Position numbers and translations under genes: made by a program. Below are positions 26,117 to 34,160 of a DNA stretch of 64,000 nucleotides, one piece after another (positions within the stretch are counted from its first letter, which is position 1; every line of letters begins with the position of its first letter). The notes under the pieces are model-generated. The model had not been told where the DNA came from, made no database searches, and saw only the letters and a program-made list of their open reading frames with translations. Origin of the DNA: Burkholderiales bacterium (GTDB taxonomy: Bacteria > Pseudomonadota > Gammaproteobacteria > Burkholderiales > Usitatibacteraceae); assembly GCA_033764435.1 (NCBI GenBank), contig JANRIX010000010.1, forward strand, positions 163,220 through 227,219, read 5' to 3'.

Positions 26117-27517
26117 TCAGGCGCTGAGGTGGGTCACGGTGCGATCGCGCGGCAGGCGGAAGGTCAGCTGCGTTCCCCGGCCCGGGGCGGAATCGATTTC
26201 GAAGCTGCCCTCCAGCGCACGCATGCGCTCGCGCATGCCGATGAGGCCGTGCGACAGGGGATGCTGTTGCGTGGCCGGCTCGATGCCGGCGCCGTTGTCG
26301 GCGATGACCATCTCGACCCCGAACTCCAGCCGGCGCAGGACCACATCGACTTGCGTGGCCGAGGCATGGCGGGCGACATTGTCGAGCGCGTCCTGCAGCA
26401 CCCGGTACAACGCCAGCGAGTGCTGCTCGCCCAGGCGGATTTCCCGATCCGGCAGGCTGAGATTGCACACGCAGCCGCTCCGCTCGGTGAACTGGCCGCA
26501 GCACTCGCGAAACGCGGCCGCGTAACTGAAGTGGTCGGCCAGCACCGGGCGAAGATTGTCGATGATGTGGCGCTTCACCTTGATCGCCTCATCCAGCGCA
26601 GCGTGCGCGCGGGCAAGCCGAGTCTGCGCAGGCTCATCGGCGCGCGCGGCCGCCTCGTTCGCCGCCGCGCTCACGTCGAGCTTGATGGCCGCAAGCGGGC
26701 TGCCCAGCTTTTCGCGCAGCTCGCTTGCCAGGCGATGGCGCTCGATCTCCTGCGAATCCTGGAGGTGGATGGCAAATCCGCGGAGCTCGGCGGCGCGCTC
26801 GTTGGCCGACTGTTCGAGCGTGCGCCGTTGGGCGTCCCGGTCCGCGGCCTCGCGCTGGCGACGCTGGCGGTCATGCCGCAGCGCATAGGCGCCGGCGCCG
26901 ACGAGCAGGACGATGAGCGCAAGCAGCAGGAAGACCGCCCCGCGCGCGCGGGCGCCGAGCGCATCGCGCTCTGCCGCCTTGGCCGCGCGCATGGTCTCGA
27001 GCTGCGCCTCGATGCGGGTGATGAACGCGTCCAGCGTATTCCCCTCGGTTGATGCGGAGCGGGTGCGGGCGAATTCGGCAGTCAGGTCGGCGGTCTTGAG
27101 GTCGGCCAGCGCAAGGATTTTCTCGGCATCCCGCGTCCGCACGCCCGCCTGCGCAGCGATGCCCCGGACGAGATCATCGTAGCCCTCCAGGCTGCGGGCC
27201 TGCGTGCGAATATTCGTAACCGCTGCGTCAACAGCCTTGATCGTGCGCGGCAGCGGTTCCAGATAGGCGCGGTCGCGGGTGATCATGAAGCCCCGCTGGG
27301 CAATCTCCAATTGCTGCAGCAGCGAGCGCACCTGCTCCACCCCGGCCTGCATGAGTCGGCCCCGCTCGATCGTGGCCAGGTTTTCGGCAATGCCCCGCGC
27401 CGAGTGGTGGCTGATCCAGGCAGCAAGCCCGCCCAGCAACAGCGCAGCCGCCAGGCAGACAATGCCGGCCATGAAGAACGGATTGCGCGGTGGCGCGTCT
27501 TTATCTGTCCCGGACAT
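26117..27517 (-). CDS. sensor histidine kinase, HisKA_3 (NarX/UhpB-type) with 2 TM helices and periplasmic domain; no adjacent response regulator
   Basis: H-box EIERHRLASELREKLGSPLAAIKL. HATPase_c G-boxes VVLRRLEFGVEMVIADNGAGI...GLIGMRERMRALEGSFEI. Start at M40 (27517) of ORF 26117..27634. Confidence 0.8.
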   Translation of the reverse strand: MSGTDKDAPPRNPFFMAGIVCLAAALLLGGLAAWISHHSARGIAENLATIERGRLMQAGVEQVRSLLQQLEIAQRGFMITRDRAYLEPLPRTIKAVDAAVTNIRTQARSLEGYDDLVRGIAAQAGVRTRDAEKILALADLKTADLTAEFARTRSASTEGNTLDAFITRIEAQLETMRAAKAAERDALGARARGAVFLLLALIVLLVGAGAYALRHDRQRRQREAADRDAQRRTLEQSANERAAELRGFAIHLQDSQEIERHRLASELREKLGSPLAAIKLDVSAAANEAAARADEPAQTRLARAHAALDEAIKVKRHIIDNLRPVLADHFSYAAAFRECCGQFTERSGCVCNLSLPDREIRLGEQHSLALYRVLQDALDNVARHASATQVDVVLRRLEFGVEMVIADNGAGIEPATQQHPLSHGLIGMRERMRALEGSFEIDSAPGRGTQLTFRLPRDRTVTHLSA

Positions 27518-27556
27518 GCGGTGCGGAGATGCGGTGCGGAGATGCGGTGCGGAATG
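27518..27556. repeat. 3 x 13-bp tandem repeat (gcggtgcggagat) immediately upstream of the kinase start
   Basis: gcggtgcggagat gcggtgcggagat gcggtgcggaatg. Unit length is not a multiple of 3, so it is non-coding; sits in the 180-bp divergent promoter region. Confidence 0.75.
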
Positions 27557-27713
27557 GTGGTGGGTGTCGGAAGGTGCCGAGTGCGGCGAGTATGGCACGG
27601 CGGCGCTATGATGAGCCATCACGCGAAATTGCACCGGCAGACCCGCCCCGGCAGACCCGACCTACGAACTTGCATCATCACACACCCCTTCGCAACCCAT
27701 GGAGAACCGGCCG

Positions 27714-28829
27714 ATGACCGCGCTCACCGACACGCTCGCGGGCTCCTGGCGCACCACCTTTGGCCCGCTCACGCTCACGGCGTCCGGACGTCAATTCGGC
27801 GGGCACTACGGCGACCACGGAACGTTGCAGGGCACACTGGACGGCACGACGCTCCGCTTCGACTACGAGGAACCGGGTGAGCGCGGCACGGGGCATTTCA
27901 CCCTGAAGCGCGCGGGCCGGTTCGTGGGGCAATACCTCGCCGACGGCAGCGACACCCCGCGCCCCTGGATCGGCGAACGCGGGTGGGACGGGCTCTACAA
28001 CACGACGTTCGGGCGGCTGCGCCTGTTGCACACGACGAACGGCGTCGAAGGCTTCTACGAAGCCGCCGGCCCCGCCGCGCTGCAAGGCCGCGCCGAAGGT
28101 GACCGTCTGCACTTCCACTACGAGGAAAAGAGCGCCAATGGCGAGGGCTATTTCGTCCTCGCTGAAGACGGTGAATCGTTCACCGGCCAGTGGCGCGCGA
28201 GCGGCGACGAGGATTGGAGCGACTGGACCGGCACGCGCATGCACGCGGAGCGGGGCGTGCAGTGGCTGTTCGTCCTGGAGGCGCATTGGCAAAAGAGCCT
28301 CGCCGACAACGACTACGCATTCGGGGACATGCTTCGGGAAGTGTTCGCGCGGCTTGCGAATATTCGCGTGCGCCACCGCATCTTTCACGACGCGGACAGC
28401 CTGGCGCACTGGTGCCGCGAGCTGATGTATCTGGCCGAGCCATCGGTACTGGTCATCGCCAGTCACGGCACGGAGCGCGGGTTGTCGGTACACGGCGAGA
28501 TCATCAACACCACGCGCATCATGCAAAGCCTCGCCACGGCCGAGACGCTCAAGTATCTGCACTTCTCCGCCTGCCTCATCGCCAACGATGAGGAACGCAC
28601 GCTGAAGTCGCCACCCTTCCCCGTCTCCGGCTACACGACAAGCGTGGACTGGGGTGCATCCGCGATGATCGAGTTCACGTTGCTGGACATGGTGTTGAAC
28701 CGCGGCATGACGCCTGATGCGGCGGCGGCGATGCTGCCGAAGCTGGTGACGTATGCGCTGGATGATGCGCCGAAGGGGTCGCCTTATCCGGCAGCGGGTT
28801 TCCGCTTTTTTCCCGCAGCCGCCAAGTAG
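27714..28829 (+). CDS. caspase-like (C14/CHAT-type His-Cys dyad) protease-domain protein with duplicated N-terminal ~55-aa repeat
   Basis: RBS ggagaa before ATG 27714. N-terminal repeats FGGHYGDHGTLQGTLDGTTLRFDYEEPGERGTGHFTL.. and VEGFYEAAGPAALQGRAEGDRLHFHYEEKSANGEGYFVL... C-terminal VLVIASHGTERGLSVHG...LKYLHFSACLI (His-Gly ... Ala-Cys). Confidence 0.6.
   Translation: MTALTDTLAGSWRTTFGPLTLTASGRQFGGHYGDHGTLQGTLDGTTLRFDYEEPGERGTGHFTLKRAGRFVGQYLADGSDTPRPWIGERGWDGLYNTTFGRLRLLHTTNGVEGFYEAAGPAALQGRAEGDRLHFHYEEKSANGEGYFVLAEDGESFTGQWRASGDEDWSDWTGTRMHAERGVQWLFVLEAHWQKSLADNDYAFGDMLREVFARLANIRVRHRIFHDADSLAHWCRELMYLAEPSVLVIASHGTERGLSVHGEIINTTRIMQSLATAETLKYLHFSACLIANDEERTLKSPPFPVSGYTTSVDWGASAMIEFTLLDMVLNRGMTPDAAAAMLPKLVTYALDDAPKGSPYPAAGFRFFPAAAK
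28356..28367. repeat. GCGAATATTCGC palindrome copy (perfect)
   Basis: 12/12; in the caspase-like gene, reads ANIR (frame checked). Confidence 0.95.
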
Positions 28830-28831
28830 TT

Positions 28832-28843
28832 GCGAATATTCGC
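28832..28843. repeat. GCGAATATTCGC palindrome copy (perfect)
   Basis: 12/12, extended TGCGAATATTCGCA; ends 1 nt before the ATG at 28844. Confidence 0.95.
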
Positions 28844-29263
28844 ATGGACATTTCCTTCAGCCTGATATTCGGCGCCGCACAGACCGCGCTCGGTATCGCC
28901 TGGGTCATCGGCGCGCGCAATGATCGCCTGCGCCACAAGCAGAAGTTGGCCGCGATGAAACTCGTCGAGGCTGAGGTGACTCGGCACCGCAAGGAAGAAT
29001 GGTACGACCCGAACAGCGCGATCAGCACGACCACCGAGACGCTGGTGCCGATGGTTGAATATGTGGTCAACAACCATCGCTACACCGCTGCGATGCCGAA
29101 GGATCTTCCGCTTGGCGCCAAGCTGACGGTCGCCTACAACCCGGCCATGCCTTCGGACGCCATGCTGGCCGAGCCGCGTGGCAGGCATGCGGAGATCGCG
29201 GGCTGCGTCATCACGCTGGGCGGTATCGCGGTCGTGCTGGCAAGCCTGGGCATGTTTCACTGA
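28844..29263 (+). CDS. DUF3592-like membrane protein (TM - beta-rich domain - TM)
   Basis: 139 aa with N- and C-terminal TM helices bracketing a soluble core; 15 nt downstream of the caspase-like gene. Confidence 0.5.
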   Translation: MDISFSLIFGAAQTALGIAWVIGARNDRLRHKQKLAAMKLVEAEVTRHRKEEWYDPNSAISTTTETLVPMVEYVVNNHRYTAAMPKDLPLGAKLTVAYNPAMPSDAMLAEPRGRHAEIAGCVITLGGIAVVLASLGMFH

Positions 29264-29373
29264 CCCGCTCGCCGGGCTGAATTTCGCCAGCTTCGCGCCA
29301 GACCTCCGCCCGCGCCGCGGCCGCGCACGGACATCGCGCCGCATTCCAATGGTTCATCTCCAGCGGATGAACC

Positions 29374-30498
29374 ATGTACAGCAGCTATTCCCGAATCGAC
29401 AACGACGTCACCATTGTTGGTGCCAGCTTCGCCGGCCTCGCCTGCGCCCGCGCGTTGGCCAAGCGCGGCGCGCAGGTCACGCTGCTCGATCGCAAGTCCG
29501 ACGTGGGCGAGAAGCTGCACACGACCGGCATCCTGGTGAAGGAAGCGGCGGAGCAGGAAGAAATCCTGCGCGACATGCCGCCCTATCTAGTGCGGCGCGT
29601 GGAAGGCGTGCGACTTTACTCGCCCAATCTGCGCCAGATCGACCTCAATGCGCCGGGCTACTACTTTCTCGCCACCGACACACCCAATCTCATGCGCTGG
29701 CTGGCCAATCGGGCGCGCAGCGAAGGTGTACGCGTGGTGCTGGGGACAGCATTCCAGAACGCGGTGGAGCGGGACGATGGCTGGAAACTGGATGGCGCGG
29801 GCCGCGTGGGACACACGCGCTATCTGGTGGGCGCGGACGGGCCGTCGTCGCGCGTGGCACGCCTGCTCCATCTCGGCGTCAATCGGGAATTCCTGACCGG
29901 GGTCGAGTACGAATATTCGCTCTCAGATATCGACTTGGAAGGCCGGCTGCATTGCTTTATCGACAAGCAGCTCGCGCCCGGCTACATCGGCTGGGTGGTG
30001 CCGGGTGTGCATCACGTGCAGGTCGGGCTGGCGCGGCGTCAGAGCGCGGGTGGGCTCTCCGCCACGCAGGCGATGACGCAGTTTCTGGAAAAGATCGCAC
30101 CCATCGCGGACTTCCGCAATGCATCACCGGTGTCGGTGCGCGCAGGGCTCATTCCCTGCGGCGGGCTGGTGTCGCCGCTGGCGCGGTCATGCGCGCTGCT
30201 GGTGGGCGACGCGGCCGGCATGGTGTCGCCGGTGACAGCGGGCGGCATTCACACCGCGCTGAAGCATGGCCACGCGGCAGGCCACGCCATCGCGGATTTT
30301 CTGCAGGGCAAGGCGGGCGATCCCTGCGGTGAATTCACGCAGAGCTATCCCCGCTTTCGCACCAAGCGGGCGCTCCGCTGGCTGTTCGACCACGCGCAGA
30401 CCGACTGGGCGTTCAATCTGTTTCTCAACACCCCGCCGCTCCGCTGGGCGGCGGGAAAGGTTTACTTTCACCGAAAGGGCGTGTTCCGAGGGAAGTGA
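29374..30498 (+). CDS. FAD-dependent oxidoreductase (geranylgeranyl-reductase-like)
   Basis: Rossmann dinucleotide motif VTIVGASFAGLACARALAKRGAQVTLLDRK; C-terminal GDAAGMVSPVTAGGIHTAL typical of the FAD-binding family. Confidence 0.85.
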   Translation: MYSSYSRIDNDVTIVGASFAGLACARALAKRGAQVTLLDRKSDVGEKLHTTGILVKEAAEQEEILRDMPPYLVRRVEGVRLYSPNLRQIDLNAPGYYFLATDTPNLMRWLANRARSEGVRVVLGTAFQNAVERDDGWKLDGAGRVGHTRYLVGADGPSSRVARLLHLGVNREFLTGVEYEYSLSDIDLEGRLHCFIDKQLAPGYIGWVVPGVHHVQVGLARRQSAGGLSATQAMTQFLEKIAPIADFRNASPVSVRAGLIPCGGLVSPLARSCALLVGDAAGMVSPVTAGGIHTALKHGHAAGHAIADFLQGKAGDPCGEFTQSYPRFRTKRALRWLFDHAQTDWAFNLFLNTPPLRWAAGKVYFHRKGVFRGK

Positions 30499-31073
30499 TG
30501 CTGCACAATGCGGAGATGAACACACCCACCGACGACACCATCATCGCCGAGACCACCGACTGGCTCACTCGCGCCGTGATCGGCCTGAATCTATGTCCCT
30601 TCGCCAAAGCCGTCCACGTCAAGAAACAGATCCGCTATGTGGTGTCGCATGCGACCACGCCGGATGACCTCATGCAGGACCTGCTGCGCGAGCTCGACCA
30701 TCTGGCCGAAGCCCATCCCGAGACGACCGACACCACGCTGCTCATCCATCCTCATGTACTGAATGATTTCCTCGACTACAACGATTTCCTTGAAGTGGCC
30801 GATGCCGCCGTGGAGGAGCTCGACCTCGAGGGCATCCTGCAGGTGGCAAGTTTCCATCCGCAGTTCCAGTTTGCCGACACCGAGGCGGACGACATCACCA
30901 ACTACACCAACCGCTCGCCGTATCCGACGCTGCATCTGTTGCGCGAGGACAGCGTGAGCCGGGCGGTGGAGGCGTTTCCGGAGGCGGAGTCGATTTTCGA
31001 GAAGAACATCGCCACGCTGAGGAAGCTGGGGCATGCGGGGTGGAAGAAGGTGATTGCGGGAGAAGCGAGCTGA
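30495..31073 (+). CDS. DUF1415 family protein
   Basis: 192 aa; start overlaps the previous stop (ATGA); conserved LNLCPFAKAV block. Confidence 0.75.
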   Translation: MMLHNAEMNTPTDDTIIAETTDWLTRAVIGLNLCPFAKAVHVKKQIRYVVSHATTPDDLMQDLLRELDHLAEAHPETTDTTLLIHPHVLNDFLDYNDFLEVADAAVEELDLEGILQVASFHPQFQFADTEADDITNYTNRSPYPTLHLLREDSVSRAVEAFPEAESIFEKNIATLRKLGHAGWKKVIAGEAS

Positions 31074-31081
31074 ATACTGTT

Positions 31082-31093
31082 GCGAATATTCGC
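31082..31093. repeat. GCGAATATTCGC palindrome copy (perfect)
   Basis: 12/12, extended TGCGAATATTCGCA; 8 nt after the DUF1415 stop. Confidence 0.95.
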
Positions 31094-31290
31094 AATATCC
31101 CGATCAATGGGCAGCCCCCAATCGACCTCTCACAAATCAACCGTTCGCCCTGAGGTATCGAAGGGCGCGTGCTTCGATAAGTCTCACGCAACCTGCCCTG
31201 AGTCGGCTGAAGCCTCTTTTGCACTGCATGACTCATGTAGGCATTGCCCATTCGCTAGCTCATTGAGACCGGGAGCCGTTGCACCGTGAC

Positions 31291-31340
31291 CCGTTCATCC
31301 TTCGATACCTCAGGACGAACGGGGTTGGTCGTGTGATCAA
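31291..31340. repeat. intergenic repeat family 2, copy 2
   Basis: ccgttcatccttcgatacctcaggacgaacggggttgg; paralog of 21531-21580. Confidence 0.4.
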
Positions 31341-31364
31341 TTCGGGAAGTGTCTGCAGCTCTCT

Positions 31365-31400
31365 GAAAAAGAAAAGCCCGCCGACTTTCGTCGACGGGCT
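31365..31400 (-). terminator. rho-independent terminator of the SPFH gene (minus strand)
   Basis: Minus-strand stem gcccgtcgac/gtcggcgggc with loop gaaa, followed by ttttctttttc; 34 nt after the stop at 31434. Confidence 0.6.
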
Positions 31401-31433
31401 CAGGTTGAGGTTTATAAACACACTGGCGAAGCC

Positions 31434-32567
31434 CTAGCGGATCTTTACCAGATCCTTCAGCACGCCATCCAGGCCACCGAACACGGAGATCTTGTCGATC
31501 TTCTCGGTTACCTTTTCCAGCGTCTCCAGTTCCTTCAGGCGCAGTGCGGTCGGGTTGTCTTCCATCACCTTGGCGGTGTTCAGCAGGGAACGCGTTGCCG
31601 CGGTTTCCTCACGACGACGGATCACGTTGGCTTGCGCCACCTTCTCCGCCTCCACCACGCGCGCCAGGATGGTCTTCATCTCGCCGGGCAGGATGATGTC
31701 CTTCACACCCACCGACTCGACTTCCAGACCGAACCCGGCCACACGACGCTGGATGTGCTCGCTCACCACCTGGTCGATGACGTGCTTGTCTTCCAGCAGT
31801 TCATCCAGGGTGCGCGTACCCACCGCGGCGCGGAGCCCGAACTGGAGTTCCTTGTACAGGTAGTCCAGCGGCTTGGACTGCTTCGCGAACGCGACCAGCA
31901 CGTCGGTGATGCGGTAACCCGCCGTCAGGTTTACCCGCAGGGACACCTTGTCCTTGGTGAGGATTTCCTGACCGGCCACCTCCAGCACTTGCAGGCGGAG
32001 ATCCACCGGCAACGCCGAGAGTTCACGCGTGTACTGCCAGAAGCCATGCACACCAGCCTCCAGCACGCGATCCACCTTGCCATCCACGTACAGCACGGCC
32101 ACGTGGTACTGCGGCACGTGCATGATGAAGAGGCCTTCCAGACCGGCCACTTTCTTCACCTTGCCGGTGACAGGCGCCAGCTTGGCCAGGAGCTTCTTGT
32201 CCACGTCGAACGTGTCGGCAATGGAAAGCTTTTCCAGGCGGATGTCGATGAATCCCTTCCAGTACAGGCGGCGGGTGTTGGGTGCCAGCACTTCCACGAG
32301 CACGTTGTCCTCGAAACGCAGGCCGACTTCATCGGCACCGGTCTCCAGCACATGGAACTCGCGCTTGGCGATTTCCGGCTCCCACTTCAGCAGGTACTCG
32401 GCCAGCTTGTGATCGAACAGCGGCTTGGCCAGCGGGAACTTCTCGATCGACAGACGAAAGAACGGGTCGAAATGCGAATATTCGCCCGGCTCCAGGACTT
32501 GAACGAAATCTCCCTTGTTGAAGAGGAGAGCGCGTTCATCCTTCTTGATGTGAAACTTTTTCAGCAT
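31434..32567 (-). CDS. SPFH/band-7 (stomatin/prohibitin-like) domain protein
   Basis: 377 aa from M59 of ORF 31434..32741, RBS aggaagacg. SPFH core ...ILTKDKVSLRVNLTAGYRITDVLVAFAKQ...DIILPGEMKTILARVVEAEKVAQANVI. Confidence 0.85.
   Translation of the reverse strand: MLKKFHIKKDERALLFNKGDFVQVLEPGEYSHFDPFFRLSIEKFPLAKPLFDHKLAEYLLKWEPEIAKREFHVLETGADEVGLRFEDNVLVEVLAPNTRRLYWKGFIDIRLEKLSIADTFDVDKKLLAKLAPVTGKVKKVAGLEGLFIMHVPQYHVAVLYVDGKVDRVLEAGVHGFWQYTRELSALPVDLRLQVLEVAGQEILTKDKVSLRVNLTAGYRITDVLVAFAKQSKPLDYLYKELQFGLRAAVGTRTLDELLEDKHVIDQVVSEHIQRRVAGFGLEVESVGVKDIILPGEMKTILARVVEAEKVAQANVIRRREETAATRSLLNTAKVMEDNPTALRLKELETLEKVTEKIDKISVFGGLDGVLKDLVKIR
32474..32485. repeat. GCGAATATTCGC palindrome copy (perfect)
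   Basis: 12/12; in the SPFH gene (minus), reads EYS (frame checked). Confidence 0.95.
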
Positions 32568-32987
32568 GATGCGTCTTCCTTTCTTGGGTTGAAAAATGGC
32601 GGGGGGTTTGTGTCCACTGCCGGGGTGTTCACGCGGGCGCTCGGGAGCGCCCGGGTGAATCGGGTTGCCCCCACGTCTCGCGACGTGAGAACGAAATCGG
32701 GTGTGGGGCCACCTCCCGACCGGACGCGGGCTGTCGCGCAAACAGATGTCCCACGCGAAACGCTGCGTGACGACACCCGTGAGCGCGACCCGTGTTGCAC
32801 CGGCGGGAGACAGGCCGCGCCGCAGACGTGACCACGCATCCCCAGACTGCGGAACACGTCGTCGAATCGTTGGCTGTTGCCTGTTCGCGCCGGCACGCGA
32901 GCGGTGCCGTGGCGTCCGGAGCGGTGTGCAATGTTCCGCACATGAGATGGCCCCGGGTACTGCATGAAGTCCTGGTTAAGGACTGCT

Positions 32988-33058
32988 GATTTCCAGCGGG
33001 AGTCGAACCCGCACTGATCGATTACAAGTCGATTGCTCTACCAATAAGCTATGGATTG
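32988..33058 (-). tRNA. tRNA-Thr(TGT)-like gene with defective acceptor stem (possible pseudogene or partial copy)
   Basis: Minus-strand D-arm TAGCTTATTGGTAGAGC, anticodon arm ATCGA-CTTGTAA-TCGAT (anticodon TGT) and T-arm GCGGG-TTCGACT-CCCGC are canonical. The 5' strand CAATCCA pairs only 4/7 with the 3' strand TGGAAAT, and no CCA is encoded. Confidence 0.4.
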
Positions 33059-33130
33059 GCGATGATCGTGGGAGTCGAACCCACGACAGCCGGTGGGTAC
33101 CGGTGCTCTACCAGACTGAGCTAGATCATC
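33057..33130 (-). tRNA. tRNA-like gene (Trp-tRNA-like body) with a truncated 4-nt anticodon loop
   Basis: Perfect acceptor GATGATC/GATCATC, discriminator G and encoded CCA; D-arm GCTC-AGTCTGGTA-GAGC; T-arm GTGGG-TTCGACT-CCCAC. The anticodon region is CCGGT-ACCC-ACCGG, a 4-nt loop 3 nt shorter than canonical. Confidence 0.4.
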
Positions 33131-33254
33131 AGGTATTCAACACCGCCCGCATCGCGGCATACGGCGCACCAATTTTCAGGCGTGCCGCACCAGGGAGGCA
33201 TGCAGAACCTCGCCCGCTGTCGATGCGTTTGGAGAAGAATTGGGTTGGAGCGAT

Positions 33255-33266
33255 GCGAATATTCGC
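33255..33266. repeat. GCGAATATTCGC palindrome copy (perfect)
   Basis: 12/12, extended TGCGAATATTCGCA; intergenic, left flank of the REP-like element. Confidence 0.95.
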
Positions 33267-33283
33267 AACACTCCGAAGAGGAC

Positions 33284-33356
33284 CGTCGCTCCGGCGCAGG
33301 CGGGAGCCTAAGCTGAACTTGTATGAACTTGGGCTCCGGCCTGCGCCGGAGCGACG
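33284..33356. repeat. palindromic REP/MITE-like element (paralog of 22283-22361)
   Basis: Arms cgtcgctccggcgcaggcgggagcctaagct and aacttgggctccggcctgcgccggagcgacg are near reverse complements; ends 3 nt before the HNH gene stop. Confidence 0.55.
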
Positions 33357-33359
33357 GGT

Positions 33360-33917
33360 TTATCGGTGGCGTGAACTCGCCGGCAGCGCAGCGCGCAGAA
33401 ACTCCATCTGATCCGCCAACACGCGGCGGCCGGACAGAATCATCCACTCGTTCCGCACCGGTCGATACGGCACGTACAAGAGCGGCATGCGCGCTTCCTC
33501 CGGCGTGCGCGCACCCTTGCGCGTGTTGCAGCGACGACACGCGGTGACCAGGTTGGTCCACGAATACTCGCCACCGCGCGACTCGGGCAGGATGTGCTCG
33601 GCCGTCGGGTCCTCCGCATGCTTGCCGCAATAGGCGCACAGGCAGTGGTCACGACGGAACAGCGTGGCGCGCGTCGGGCGCGGCGCGAACAGCGGCGCCT
33701 TCAGCGCATGGCCGCGCACGAAAATGATGCTGCGCACTTCAATCTGCGAACGCAGACCCGACACGGCGTTCACACCGCCACGCAGCGTGGCGATGCGGGT
33801 GCCGGCCGAGTCGTCGATCACATGGCCGCCGGCATAGAAGCCGGCAGCCTCTTCCACCGTCAACCATGAGCGCGCGTGCCCATGGCTGTCGATGGCCAAA
33901 GCGTCCGGGTAAGACAT
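33360..33917 (-). CDS. HNH endonuclease
   Basis: HCLCAYCGK...EHILPESRGGEYSWTNLVTACRRCNTRKG (HNH beta-beta-alpha-Me motif with zinc-ligand cysteines); strong SD caggaggtgac upstream. Confidence 0.8.
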   Translation of the reverse strand: MSYPDALAIDSHGHARSWLTVEEAAGFYAGGHVIDDSAGTRIATLRGGVNAVSGLRSQIEVRSIIFVRGHALKAPLFAPRPTRATLFRRDHCLCAYCGKHAEDPTAEHILPESRGGEYSWTNLVTACRRCNTRKGARTPEEARMPLLYVPYRPVRNEWMILSGRRVLADQMEFLRAALPASSRHR

Positions 33918-34160
33918 TTGTCACCTCCTGTGGGCCTCGTCTGCCGTCAAAGCATCTGAGGAAGTTTGGAAAATGGAACAAGGCATCTCGCCTCATTCCG
34001 GAATGGGTGCCCCCGCATCCCGACAAGCGGGACACGGGGACGGGTACTACAGCCTCGGCCCCTTCACAGATTGGGCGTTGGCGATCGGGGTAGGCATGGA
34101 TCACCTCCTTTCAGTTGCGGGTAGCGCGTGCACCTCATCCCGATGATGAGGCTTGGGACG

